This document shows positions 19,779-30,058 of a stretch of 64,000 bases of DNA, one piece after another; position 1 is the stretch's first letter; every line of letters begins with the position of its first letter. The notes under the pieces were generated by a model. It made no database searches. It was given only the letters and a program-made list of their open reading frames with translations, and had not been told where the DNA came from. The translations under genes were made by a program, and so were the position numbers. Origin of the DNA: Candidatus Enterousia sp. (GTDB taxonomy: Bacteria; Pseudomonadota; Alphaproteobacteria; Rs-D84); the NCBI GenBank assembly GCA_045634865.1, contig JAZRBB010000002.1:129645-193644 (forward strand), given 5' to 3'.

Positions 19779-22105
19779 TATCGACCAATATTTTCTTTGT
19801 TGCGCAAAGTGATTTTTAACAAGTTTACCAAACTAGCGGTATATGCTCGTTTTAATTCTTGGCGCCATTTTTCAATCAAGCTAACACTATCTGCACGCAA
19901 ACACAAACAAGGATATCGACGAATTTTTCTAATTTGAACAATATCAGGGTGCTGGTTTTGATGTGTCTGCAAAATGTGCAATATTTCTTTGCTTGGTATA
20001 TTTAACATGTTGCTTAATCGCTGAGAGCCTAACCATGTCTCATCAATAGTAAATTCGGGTAATGCACAAAATGTGTCGATATGATTACGATTTAGACACA
20101 AACCTTTCTTTTTATGCTGTATGTATTCTGGCATAGTGTTTTTATAGTTTTCTAATAGTTTTGTTATTTGATGAGTAGATAAAACGGTTTTTGTTGTTTG
20201 TTTGATTTTAATGGGTGTCAGCCATTCTTCTGTGCGTTTATCCACTATGTTTGCAACACAGAATCCATACATCTTAGCAATCTCTTGAATATGTTCTACA
20301 TTCAATAAATATCTTTGTTCGCTGATTTTATACACCCAATCGGGATGTGTACCCTTGTTATATAAATCTTTTGCAGCAGCTAAAATAAATGTCTTGTTTT
20401 GTCTTGGTGTAACATAAAAAGAATGTAATATTTCAGTTGGTTGCAACCAATGTATGCTGCTATCAAACACGGTGTAATGTTCAAATCCGTATTGTGTACA
20501 AAATTCGTCCAAATATTTTTTGTTGAACAAAATACGTTTGGCACTTAATTGTTTTACCCAATTACAACACTCTGGACGATTGCATACGTCTATCAAAGCA
20601 TCACGAATTTTGTGACGTAAATCACTGCCATTCATAATTTGCTGTCTGACTTCTGTGGCGTTTAACCATTCATTAACTATTGTATTGATTGGCTTTTTTC
20701 TCAGATCGCGGGTATGACGTTTGTGTTGCGCAACAGGTTTGTCACATAATTCCAAATTATACATTTTGCAAAATTCGACTAAATGTTTTTTGTTAAATAC
20801 ATAACGCCTGTTGCTTGTTTTACGAATCCAATCGTTATGGTCTGGTCTATTAAACAGGTCTATCATAGCTTGTTGTAAAATTTTTCTGTTTTTAATACCA
20901 TCAATAATAAGGGTTCTAAGTTCTGTTTTTGTAATCCAATTATCGCTATTATTTGCAACATTATCGTTGTCGTTGGTTGATTCTATTATTTTCGAAGTAC
21001 GTTTGTTGACAAGATTATAGCAAGGTTGTAGACCATATAAATCACAAAATTCTTGCACATGATCAGCCCGCACTACGTATCGTTTGGCGGAAATTCGACG
21101 AATCCAATCAGGACGGTTGGGTTTGCTATATAAATCCATCAAGAAAGCAGTAATTTGGTTATGATTTTCTTGTCCCCCACGAATCATTTGTGCCAATTTG
21201 TGTTTTGATAACCATACAATAGGCTTTTGTGTTGCACAATTATCATCTGTTGTTTGTTCTATTATTTCTTGAATTTTATTCAAATGTTGTTTGTGAACAC
21301 ATAACACACGACCTTTCAGAGTTTGTTTTGTTTGGATTATATCTGGCATTTTGTTTTTGTATTGTTCCAAAATTGTGCGGATACTGGATTTAGAATATGA
21401 TATTTGGTGGGATATTTCGCTAATACTCAACCAATCAGATGTTTTATACGTGTATTCAAGATTGTTATCATGGCAAAATTCTTGAATAAAATCTCTGCGA
21501 AGACACAACATTTGAACGCATGGCCTTACAAGCTTGTAACCTGCTCTGTCTGGTCTTGTTTTGCAGTATGCCAATAAAGCAGAATGAATACGGTCAGTTT
21601 GTTCAAGGCCGTTGCGGATAAAGCGCTGTAAATGCTTTATGGTCACCCATTCTTTGGTTCTTATTAAAGTTTCGTTAGTGTTAGCCAACATAATGTGTGC
21701 TTTTCTGCAGAAACGGTTTAATTGGTTTTTGTCTAAATAAAATGTGACTTTGTCGCCTTCTGTTTTTGATATTATACATAACGGTAATATGGGTTTCAAG
21801 TTTTTGAGCATTTTATTAATACTACCAGGGGTTTTGTTGATAACTAGTTCGCTGATATCTTTTGCGTTTAACCATAGTGTCTCTTGTTCATCAGAGCTAA
21901 TTAATTCATAATGGAATAGGGCGCAAAACTCTTTGAGTTTGTCGATGTTTAAATATAAAGATCTGGAATTTGTTGCGCGAACCCAACCTGGATACAGGTC
22001 TGTTTTTTTCTGTATTTGTGATAATGCCTGATAAATATTATATGGTTTTTTTATTAATTGTTTCAGGTCTTGTGCCTTTACCCATTTTGTTTTTTCTATT
22101 ATCAT
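19778..22105 (-). CDS. Protein of ten tandem ~65-90-aa repeats resembling Xis/MerR-type winged helix-turn-helix domains
   Basis: Ten W-[LVI]-x3-[EDK]-[LI]...P[DE]W[IV]...R[YI]..N..HL.EFC units visible in the translation. Confidence 0.65.
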   Translation of the reverse strand: MIIEKTKWVKAQDLKQLIKKPYNIYQALSQIQKKTDLYPGWVRATNSRSLYLNIDKLKEFCALFHYELISSDEQETLWLNAKDISELVINKTPGSINKMLKNLKPILPLCIISKTEGDKVTFYLDKNQLNRFCRKAHIMLANTNETLIRTKEWVTIKHLQRFIRNGLEQTDRIHSALLAYCKTRPDRAGYKLVRPCVQMLCLRRDFIQEFCHDNNLEYTYKTSDWLSISEISHQISYSKSSIRTILEQYKNKMPDIIQTKQTLKGRVLCVHKQHLNKIQEIIEQTTDDNCATQKPIVWLSKHKLAQMIRGGQENHNQITAFLMDLYSKPNRPDWIRRISAKRYVVRADHVQEFCDLYGLQPCYNLVNKRTSKIIESTNDNDNVANNSDNWITKTELRTLIIDGIKNRKILQQAMIDLFNRPDHNDWIRKTSNRRYVFNKKHLVEFCKMYNLELCDKPVAQHKRHTRDLRKKPINTIVNEWLNATEVRQQIMNGSDLRHKIRDALIDVCNRPECCNWVKQLSAKRILFNKKYLDEFCTQYGFEHYTVFDSSIHWLQPTEILHSFYVTPRQNKTFILAAAKDLYNKGTHPDWVYKISEQRYLLNVEHIQEIAKMYGFCVANIVDKRTEEWLTPIKIKQTTKTVLSTHQITKLLENYKNTMPEYIQHKKKGLCLNRNHIDTFCALPEFTIDETWLGSQRLSNMLNIPSKEILHILQTHQNQHPDIVQIRKIRRYPCLCLRADSVSLIEKWRQELKRAYTASLVNLLKITLRNKENIGR

Positions 22106-22227
22106 CTAAAACCTCTGTTTTTTTGTTTATGTTTAATACATGTATTATATACCAAATATACAAATTGTCAAGTTCCCTTTATTGGGCGTATATGTGCACA
22201 AAAAACTGCTAAACTAGCGGTCTTTTT

Positions 22228-22485
22228 TTATCTTTTGTTTTGATATTCATCATTTATGCGTTCGATTTTTGCGGCTATACTGCGCAGAATCTTTTTTGGT
22301 AGAGTGGTTTTTGTGTTTTCTAACTGGTGCAACATATTATGCAACATTTGCACAATCTTAGATGGTAAAGCTCTTTTTTGTAATAAGAATTTTATAGCAC
22401 AAGCCAAATCGTCAGCTTTTTCTTGTTCTGGCGTCATAAATTTGTTGTTTATATAATCACTGTGTTGTTTCCGTTTTTCGTTCAT
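22228..22485 (-). CDS. Small hypothetical protein
   Basis: 85-aa ORF with AAAGGAG RBS. Confidence 0.6.
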   Translation of the reverse strand: MNEKRKQHSDYINNKFMTPEQEKADDLACAIKFLLQKRALPSKIVQMLHNMLHQLENTKTTLPKKILRSIAAKIERINDEYQNKR

Positions 22486-22504
22486 GCACAGCTCCTTTGG
22501 TTAA

Positions 22505-23632
22505 TTATTGCTTGGTTGGTATTTGCAATAATTGTTCTGGAAAAATTAAATCTGGATTGCTGATATTATTACGTTCTGCAATCATTGTGAATAATACGCC
22601 ACGACGCAAGAAATTGCGTGCGATTATCCACAAACAATCACCACGACGCACAGTATAGAAAGTATTGTCATCACCAGTCATTTCAGGCATAACAAAACTG
22701 TGTTCTACATTTGCGATGGTTGTTCCTTCGGTATCATGCAAACGTATATTTAATTTATAGTTTTCACCAGCTTTCAATTCGCCAACATCAACACCCAGAC
22801 CAAAATTTTTATAATCAGACACGCGTGCAAAACCTAAATATTTATCGTTCAGTGTTAAGGATACGCGCAATCTTGGCAACGCTTTACCAGTAATAACCAT
22901 ACGGCCAGTATCTAAATAATCTATCTTGGACACGACCAAATCGCCATCTAATAATTCTGGTGCTTGCATAACTTTGCTGCCATGTTCTGTCATCAACAAA
23001 GATACAGAGTTTTTATAACCTTGTTCAGAAACATAGACGAATACAGAATTTTTAGATTTGATATTTTTATCTGTATCAACTAAATATATCACATAGTTGC
23101 CAGGTGCCAAAGCGTCTGATGGAGCATAAACAAATTCGCCATCTTGGTTTGTGCGTTCTGTGGCAACAACTTTTTTATTCATAATGATTGATATGTTTGA
23201 TTCAGATTTATTGCGCCCCGCAATTACTATATTACCAGACTGCTCGATGCGCACCAAATCAAATGTTGGTTCAGATACAGGCTTTTTAGCGACAGGCTGT
23301 ACAACAGGTTCTGGCACAGCAGGCGCAACAACTTTTACAGGTGTGTTTATCTTGAAAAACATTACAATAATCGCAATCAGAATCACCAACAATGCACATG
23401 TAATAGGTAACCAATATGCACGCAACGCACCCTTGTTTTTTGATTCGTGTTCTTGACGTATTGGTTGAACTTTTACTTCTTCTGGTTCGTTTTTACGAAA
23501 CATATGAAATCTGCTTAAAAAACCGCGAGTGAAAGAACGACGACTTTCAAGCCAAGATTGTTGTCTGTCCACAGCGTCATTTATCATTTCATCAGTTGAA
23601 CGTTTTGTTTTTCCAATATTAGTTGTAGCCAT
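22505..23632 (-). CDS. LysM peptidoglycan-binding membrane protein
   Basis: TM helix, PTFDLVRI Ig-like region, C-terminal YTVRRGDCLWIIA...NPDLIFP LysM domain. Confidence 0.85.
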   Translation of the reverse strand: MATTNIGKTKRSTDEMINDAVDRQQSWLESRRSFTRGFLSRFHMFRKNEPEEVKVQPIRQEHESKNKGALRAYWLPITCALLVILIAIIVMFFKINTPVKVVAPAVPEPVVQPVAKKPVSEPTFDLVRIEQSGNIVIAGRNKSESNISIIMNKKVVATERTNQDGEFVYAPSDALAPGNYVIYLVDTDKNIKSKNSVFVYVSEQGYKNSVSLLMTEHGSKVMQAPELLDGDLVVSKIDYLDTGRMVITGKALPRLRVSLTLNDKYLGFARVSDYKNFGLGVDVGELKAGENYKLNIRLHDTEGTTIANVEHSFVMPEMTGDDNTFYTVRRGDCLWIIARNFLRRGVLFTMIAERNNISNPDLIFPEQLLQIPTKQ

Positions 23633-23736
23633 AATATACCTCTGTTATTCCTTTTGACAAAAGTATTCCAAAATATATTTATTTGTCAAGGCATTTGTGG
23701 TATAATACAGAACATAAAACAAAATAGGAGATAAAA

Positions 23737-24825
23737 TTGAAAACCAAGAAAATCGGTATTATGACTACTGGGGGCGATTGCTCTGGGCTAAATACAGTAA
23801 TCCAGCGTGCTATGGATGGATGCGTACTTCGTAAATGGAATTTAATTGGGATATTGGATGGCACAGACGGTTTGTATTCATCACCAGCAAAAACAATGGA
23901 GTTGAATTATAAAGATTTTCAATTTGCAAACAGTCATCTTGCGGGCAGTATCTTATCAAATGGGCATTCGTGTGCGACTAATTTCGAGAGTTCTGCCAAA
24001 GTTGGCAAATTGTCTGTGTTTAATAACAGGTTGAAAAAATCTTTGCACGATTTAGATTTAGATGCGTTGATTTTGGTTGGTGGCAATGGCAGTTTATCTT
24101 TGGCGCATACATATCGTGAAATTTACAGTGGTTTGTCTTTGGTCTGTATTCCAAAAACCATTGATATGGATATTCCCAAGACAGATAAAACCATTGGTTT
24201 TGATACTGCCGTACAGCAACTTGTATCATATTGCGACCAGTTGTTGATGACTGCACGCAGTCATCATCGATGGTTTGTTGTGCAGACTATGGGACGCGAT
24301 TGCGGGCAATTGGCTTTGCATGCAGGTGTTGCAATTGCAGCAGATGCAATTTTAATTCCAGAAATAAAATTTGATGTTGATAATTTGGTTAAACATATAA
24401 AAGCATCTAAACGTGATTATGGAATTATTTTGGTGTCAGAGGGCATAACAATGCGTGGTCATTCTGGAAAACCTGCAGATATGATTTCTCGTAAATTGAC
24501 TGCTGCAAATATTCCAAATCGAACTGCTTTCCCAGAACATATTCAAAGGGCAGGTGATACAGTTGCAAGTGATAGAATATTGGCCGCTGGTTTTGTAGAT
24601 TGTGCATTGTCAGCAATTGAAAATAATGAAACTTTTGTTATGACTTCATTGAAAAATGGTGAATATAAAACAGTTTCTTTGGACGAATTTTTTGCATCTG
24701 GCAAATTCCAACAAGACCCAAATATACCAGGTGCAATAACATCAAATGCCTATGTGGAACCAGATAATATTTTGTTGAAAATTGCGACAGATATGGGAAT
24801 ATATATTGGCGAAACCAAGAAATAA
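23737..24825 (+). CDS. pfkA: 6-phosphofructokinase family protein
   Basis: TGGDCSGLN, GGNGS, PKTID, TMGR, HIQR motifs. Confidence 0.85.
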   Translation: MKTKKIGIMTTGGDCSGLNTVIQRAMDGCVLRKWNLIGILDGTDGLYSSPAKTMELNYKDFQFANSHLAGSILSNGHSCATNFESSAKVGKLSVFNNRLKKSLHDLDLDALILVGGNGSLSLAHTYREIYSGLSLVCIPKTIDMDIPKTDKTIGFDTAVQQLVSYCDQLLMTARSHHRWFVVQTMGRDCGQLALHAGVAIAADAILIPEIKFDVDNLVKHIKASKRDYGIILVSEGITMRGHSGKPADMISRKLTAANIPNRTAFPEHIQRAGDTVASDRILAAGFVDCALSAIENNETFVMTSLKNGEYKTVSLDEFFASGKFQQDPNIPGAITSNAYVEPDNILLKIATDMGIYIGETKK

Positions 24826-24872
24826 AAACAACCGGTCGTTTGACCGGTTTTTTGTTTATTAGTCAACAACAA

Positions 24873-26771
24873 TTATTTCTTTTCAGAAAAATCTGCATCT
24901 GTTGTTTTGTTTTCACCAGATTCAGAATTGTTTTCTGATGCTTGTTGCTGTTGCGCTTCTTGGGCAGCCTTATAAACTGCTTCACCCAACTTCATAGCCT
25001 TTTCAGACAAAGCATCTGTCTTTGCCTTCAATGATTCAGCAGTCGCTTCAGCTTTTGCCAATTCGTCAGACAATTCTTGTTTTGCCTTTTCGATGGCTTC
25101 GCGTTCTTCAGCGCTGATTTTATCGCCATGTTCTTTCAGTGATTTTTCAATACTGAATATTGCTGTTTCAGCGGTGTTTTTTGCTTCGGCTAATGCTTTT
25201 TTCTTTTTATCTGATTCTGCATTTGCAGCGGCTTCATTAACCATGCGGTTGATTTCATCTTCACTTAACCCACCGTCAGATTTAATAGAAATCGCTTGTT
25301 CTTTGCCTGTGCCTTTATCTTTTGCAGATACGTGTACAATACCATTTGCATCGATATCAAAAGACACTTCGATTTGTGGCATACCACGTGGGGCAGGTGC
25401 GATACCTTCCAAATTAAATTGACCCAGCAATTTATTATCAGCAGCCATATCACGTTCGCCTTGGAATACACGAATAGTCACAGCAGATTGATTGTCTTCT
25501 GCAGTACTGAATATTTGTGATTTTTTTGTTGGTATTGTTGTGTTGCGGTCAATCAATCTTGTGAATACACCACCCAAAGTTTCAATACCCAAAGACAAAG
25601 GGGTCACATCCAACAATAAAACGTCTTTGACTTCGCCTTTCAATACACCACCTTGAATCGCAGCACCCAATGCAACCACTTCGTCTGGGTTAACGCCTTT
25701 GTGTGGTTCGCGACCAAAGAATTCTTTCACGGTTTCAACAACTTTTGGCATACGTGTTTGACCACCAACCAAAATAACTTCGTTGATTTGTGAAGTTGTT
25801 AAACCTGCATCTTTTAATGCTTTTTTGCATGGTTCAATTGTCTTTTCAATTAAATCAGCAACCAAAGATTCCAACTTTGCACGTGTCAAAGTGATATTGA
25901 AATGTTTTGGACCTGTGGCATCTGCAGTCAAATAAGGTAAATTCACATCTGTTGAAGTTTTAGAAGACAATTCAATCTTCGCTTTTTCAGCAGCTTCTTT
26001 CAAACGTTGTAATGCCAATTTGTCATTTGATAAGTCAATACCTGTCTGCGCCTTAAACTCATCAATAAAGTATTTCAGAACGCGCGCATCAAAGTCTGCG
26101 CCGCCCAGTTCAGTATCACCGTTTGTAGATTTAACCTCAAACACACCGTCAACGATTTCCAAGATAGATACATCGAATGTTCCACCACCAAGGTCATATA
26201 CAGCAATTACACCATCTTTATCCTTATCCAAACCGTATGCCAAAGCAGCAGCCGTAGGTTCGTTAACAATACGCAACACGTTCAGACCTGCAATACGACC
26301 TGCGTCTTTTGTTGCTTGACGTTGTGAATCGTTAAAGTATGCAGGAACAGTAATAACTGCATCGGTTACGGTTTCGCCCAAATAACTTTCGGCATCTTTT
26401 TTCAATTTAGATAAAATCATAGCAGAAATTTGTGATGGTGCATATTTTTTACCTTCGATTTCAACCCAAGCATCGCCATTATCACCTGCAACAATTTTAT
26501 AAGGAACACGTTTTTGGATTTCTTTCACAGCTTCGCTGTCAAAACGCAAACCCATTAAACGTTTAATTTCATAAATGGTATTTTCTGGATTTGTAACAGC
26601 CTGATTCTTTGCTGTAATACCAACCAATTGTTCGCCATTATTAGTAATTGCAACAACAGATGGTGTTGTACGTTGACCTTCGCTGTTTTCAATGATTTTT
26701 GGATCATTTCCGTCCATGAAAGCCATAGCGGAATTAGTTGTTCCTAAATCGATACCTAATACTTTTCCCAT
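24873..26771 (-). CDS. dnaK: Chaperone DnaK
   Basis: [32 protein letters not shown]. Confidence 0.99.
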   Translation of the reverse strand: MGKVLGIDLGTTNSAMAFMDGNDPKIIENSEGQRTTPSVVAITNNGEQLVGITAKNQAVTNPENTIYEIKRLMGLRFDSEAVKEIQKRVPYKIVAGDNGDAWVEIEGKKYAPSQISAMILSKLKKDAESYLGETVTDAVITVPAYFNDSQRQATKDAGRIAGLNVLRIVNEPTAAALAYGLDKDKDGVIAVYDLGGGTFDVSILEIVDGVFEVKSTNGDTELGGADFDARVLKYFIDEFKAQTGIDLSNDKLALQRLKEAAEKAKIELSSKTSTDVNLPYLTADATGPKHFNITLTRAKLESLVADLIEKTIEPCKKALKDAGLTTSQINEVILVGGQTRMPKVVETVKEFFGREPHKGVNPDEVVALGAAIQGGVLKGEVKDVLLLDVTPLSLGIETLGGVFTRLIDRNTTIPTKKSQIFSTAEDNQSAVTIRVFQGERDMAADNKLLGQFNLEGIAPAPRGMPQIEVSFDIDANGIVHVSAKDKGTGKEQAISIKSDGGLSEDEINRMVNEAAANAESDKKKKALAEAKNTAETAIFSIEKSLKEHGDKISAEEREAIEKAKQELSDELAKAEATAESLKAKTDALSEKAMKLGEAVYKAAQEAQQQQASENNSESGENKTTDADFSEKK

Positions 26772-26806
26772 ATTTTACTCCTTGGTTAAAACTTTGTATG
26801 CTGTTG

Positions 26807-26834
26807 ATATAGTTAATACAAGTACGATTTCAAG
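26807..26834 (-). promoter_or_regulatory. Putative RpoH (sigma32) promoter of dnaK
   Basis: CTTGAA-N16-CTATAT on the minus strand, resembling alphaproteobacterial RpoH promoters. Confidence 0.6.
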
Positions 26835-26872
26835 GGGTAAAATTATAAAAAAGTTTTGAACTTTTTCTTATT

Positions 26873-27400
26873 TTAAAACTCTGTTCTAAAATCCATTTTT
26901 ACACCGTCGGATGACGCGGATACTCGTAGGTTATTATAAGGTGTAACAAACATCCAGGTAAATAGACCGCTTATGGCAGCACCTGCAACAACATCATGAA
27001 AATAATGTTTTTCAGCGCGTATTCTGGAATAGCCTGTGAAAGCAGCCATTAAATATGGCAGTATGGCTTTTTTAATACCATATCTTTTGTGTATAAAACT
27101 AGCACCGGAAACAGCGCTGGCGGTATGTCCGCTGGGAAAAGAATTTTTATCGCTTCTATCTGGTCTTGGCTCTTTTATGGCAGATTTCAAGCTAACGACT
27201 GCTAATTCTGTGCTTCCAAAAGAATAAATAAATTGTCTGATGCCCTCAAAATCATCTTCTGCTACTGCCATTCCAAAAGCATATGCAGGGACTATCACTT
27301 GTGTATAATTGCCAAGTTCTTCTATTGCCGAATAACCCGCGCAGGCACTTTTGCAGGTTAACAACAAAAGGATTATACCAAGGGTTCTAAACCTTGTCAT
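26873..27400 (-). CDS. PAP2 family phosphatase (LpxE/LpxF-like)
   Basis: K..I...RP, SFPSGH, SRI...HYFHDV..G motifs; signal peptide. Confidence 0.85.
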   Translation of the reverse strand: MTRFRTLGIILLLLTCKSACAGYSAIEELGNYTQVIVPAYAFGMAVAEDDFEGIRQFIYSFGSTELAVVSLKSAIKEPRPDRSDKNSFPSGHTASAVSGASFIHKRYGIKKAILPYLMAAFTGYSRIRAEKHYFHDVVAGAAISGLFTWMFVTPYNNLRVSASSDGVKMDFRTEF

Positions 27401-27424
27401 TTCTGACTCCTTTTTGTGTTTTTA

Positions 27425-27610
27425 TAAATAAAAAGACCGCATGTTAGGCGGTCGGGAGTTAGAAACGTCAGATATAATTGACTCCGTTGTCTTACGAGCA
27501 ACAGCATCCCGACCGTTTATGGTCAGGACATTTTTGTAGCCTATGTTATATCTCGGGTTTCTAAACCGATCTACTAACTATGTCTTGGCGCTTTTTTATC
27601 AGCGCAACAT
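27425..27610 (-). ncRNA. Structured leader RNA with terminator/antiterminator (possibly C4-antisense-like)
   Basis: Nested inverted repeats 27458-27477/27546-27566 and 27449-27457/27507-27515; terminator gaccgc/gcggtc plus U-tract. Confidence 0.5.
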
Positions 27611-27710
27611 AACTCTACAAAAGAAAAAACTAAAATTCAATCATTAAAATGCACAAACAATAAAAAAACCGCCAAAAACGGCGGTTTTAATTTGCAAATC
27701 AAAGAATTTG

Positions 27711-28355
27711 TTATTTCTTTGCAGGTGCAGCGGCAGGCGCAGCAGTTGTTGTAGCAGCAGCGGCCGCAGCGGCTTGTTTATTATCTGCTTCTTCTGGCAT
27801 TTTACCACCGATTGTTGCAAATGCCAATTCAGCCTGGTGTAAGCCCAATTTAATACCGTTTGGTAATACCAAATCTGAACCATGAACTGTATCACCAATC
27901 GTCACATCAGATAAATCAATTGTGATTTTTTCAGGCATATCTTGAACCAAACCAATCAATGCGACTTTACGCACTGCAAAGTTCAATACACCGCCCAATT
28001 TGATACCTTTGGATGTATCGACATTGATAACTTCCACAGGAACAACGACGTGTACAGGTTCTTTGACGTTAATACGTTTGAAATCAACATGCACAACACG
28101 GTCAGACACTGGGTGATATTGAATATCCATCAACATAGCATCTTCTTTGTTGCCGTTTGTTGTGATTTCGAATAATTTTGTCCGCAAAGACGGTTGTCCC
28201 AGCAACATATTAAATTCATGTCCATTTAATTCAATAGACACAGGTTCTTTCTTTTCGCCATAGATAACAGCAGGGATGTTTTGGTTCTTGCGAACTGCAC
28301 GTGCGGCCCCCTTGCCAGCAACTTTGCGAATTTCAGCGTTTAATTTAATAGCCAT
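27711..28355 (-). CDS. rplY: 50S ribosomal protein L25/Ctc
   Basis: GKGAARAVR, IPAVIYG, QYHPV...HVDF. Confidence 0.96.
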   Translation of the reverse strand: MAIKLNAEIRKVAGKGAARAVRKNQNIPAVIYGEKKEPVSIELNGHEFNMLLGQPSLRTKLFEITTNGNKEDAMLMDIQYHPVSDRVVHVDFKRINVKEPVHVVVPVEVINVDTSKGIKLGGVLNFAVRKVALIGLVQDMPEKITIDLSDVTIGDTVHGSDLVLPNGIKLGLHQAELAFATIGGKMPEEADNKQAAAAAAATTTAAPAAAPAKK

Positions 28356-28388
28356 TTTGTAATCCTTTTACATTGTATTTATACTTAT

Positions 28389-28412
28389 ACACGACCTCCA
28401 AGGGTGTCGTGC
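28389..28412 (-). promoter_or_regulatory. Hairpin in rplY leader, possible L25 autoregulatory element
   Basis: gcacgacacccttggaggtcgtgt GC-rich hairpin about 35 nt upstream of the rplY ATG. Confidence 0.4.
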
Positions 28413-28529
28413 AGGGCATATTATTTATCAAAAATATCGAAAAATCAAGTGTTTTATTTGTTTTTATAGACTTTTGTTGACTTTTTAGTTTTTTTGTGTC
28501 AAAATATTTTTGAAGCAAAGGGAAATACT

Positions 28530-29660
28530 ATGAAACCACAACTTAAAGAGATAAATTTACACATAACAGATGTTTGTAGTGCTAAATGCCCAATGTGTTA
28601 TCAAACATCAGAAAACACACCCAAAATTCATGGCAATTTAGAAACGTTAAAGATTATAGTAAAAAATGCCATAAAAAATGGTCATGTTGAACGGTTTGTT
28701 ATGGTTGGTGGCGATCCTTGTGCTCACCCAAATTTTGTAGAATTATTAAAGCACGTCAAAGAAATAGGTAATCAATATAATATCAATCCCAAAACTATCG
28801 TATTATCAAACACACACGATTATAAAGAAAATGGTAAACTTGTGGACATAAAATACACATCTCAATATATAGACGAAATTGATGTAACTATTCACGGTGC
28901 AACCGCAGAAAAGCATAATTCTTTTAATAGGTGTCCTGGTTCATATGAACATGTAATGAAAAACATTCAGCGATTTGCAGATATAAAAAACCAAAATCAA
29001 GAAATATGTGCTGTTATTAACCTAATGCCTTATACAATGATACATATTGAAGAAATTATGACAAATACAATAAAAAACTCAGGTGGCAATATAAATAGTT
29101 TTATGATTCAACGAATTGGATTTGCTGGCAAAGCATGTGAAGCACCACAAAAATGGGTTGTTGGTGCACAAGATATTAATCCGTTTATGTCAGTTTGTGA
29201 TAAGATGAACAAAAATGGGTATCCTGTTGTATTTTGCGATGTATTGCCATGGTGTTCAGTGAAAGAAGAATATAGATATTTGTTGCCAGAAGGTGGATGC
29301 AATTGGGGTTATGATACATGTGCAGTATTTATGGATGGTTCGGTCAAAAGATGTGCACTTGGGACGAACAATTTATCAAAAAACATTACGCAACTTGATA
29401 CACCAGAAAAATTTATAAATTGGTGGCAAAATGATACCGAATTAACCCAATTTAGAAAAAAATGTCACCTTGATGTCAGATGTAAATCGTGTGATTTGTT
29501 AGCAAAATGTGGTGGCGGATGCGTACTTGCAAGACTTGAAGGAGACCCTTACAAAAAAACAGATATTACGGTAGATTTTGCAAGAGCACCGTTTGTATGG
29601 GGGGAAGCGAAATCTTTGCCTCTGGGGCATGATTATTTAGCAAAAGGTTTGTCACGATGA
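28530..29660 (+). CDS. Radical SAM protein with SPASM domain
   Basis: CSAKCPMC (CxxxCxxC), GGDP, C-terminal C..C.V..DG.V..C and CKSC...CGGGC. Confidence 0.9.
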   Translation: MKPQLKEINLHITDVCSAKCPMCYQTSENTPKIHGNLETLKIIVKNAIKNGHVERFVMVGGDPCAHPNFVELLKHVKEIGNQYNINPKTIVLSNTHDYKENGKLVDIKYTSQYIDEIDVTIHGATAEKHNSFNRCPGSYEHVMKNIQRFADIKNQNQEICAVINLMPYTMIHIEEIMTNTIKNSGGNINSFMIQRIGFAGKACEAPQKWVVGAQDINPFMSVCDKMNKNGYPVVFCDVLPWCSVKEEYRYLLPEGGCNWGYDTCAVFMDGSVKRCALGTNNLSKNITQLDTPEKFINWWQNDTELTQFRKKCHLDVRCKSCDLLAKCGGGCVLARLEGDPYKKTDITVDFARAPFVWGEAKSLPLGHDYLAKGLSR

Positions 29661-30043
29661 CGTTTGTATTGTCATTTGATTACATAAATTTGATAAAAAA
29701 TAGCGACCAAGTTGTTTTTGCAACCTCTGATTCAAACAATCAACCACGTGCAATAATTGTACAACCTAGTAAAATAGACCAAAACGGGATTATTTTATCA
29801 AATATTCAAATGAATAAAACTATTGAAAATATCAAATGCAATAATAAATGTTTTCTAAATGTGTATTGTAAAGATAATTCAGATATGCAACTAAAAATTA
29901 CGGGAACGGCGACAATATACAAAGATGGAATTTTATATAACGAAATAAAAAACTATGAAGAAAAGAATAACTTACCAAATGAGTTAAAAGTGCATTCAAT
30001 CATTGTTATAAAACCAGAATATATTGAAGTATCACAAGAATAG
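29657..30043 (+). CDS. Pyridoxamine 5'-phosphate oxidase-like (split-barrel flavin-binding) protein
   Basis: FATSD.NNQP, KTIENI..N, QLKITGTA; ATGA overlap with the radical SAM gene. Confidence 0.75.
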   Translation: MTFVLSFDYINLIKNSDQVVFATSDSNNQPRAIIVQPSKIDQNGIILSNIQMNKTIENIKCNNKCFLNVYCKDNSDMQLKITGTATIYKDGILYNEIKNYEEKNNLPNELKVHSIIVIKPEYIEVSQE

Positions 30044-30058
30044 AAACAAAATTTATGC

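Noticed and set aside
19448-22485. Prophage or integrative island at tRNA-Gly
   Set aside because: The att-like repeat encloses only 167 bp; no integrase or phage genes were seen, and no second distal repeat
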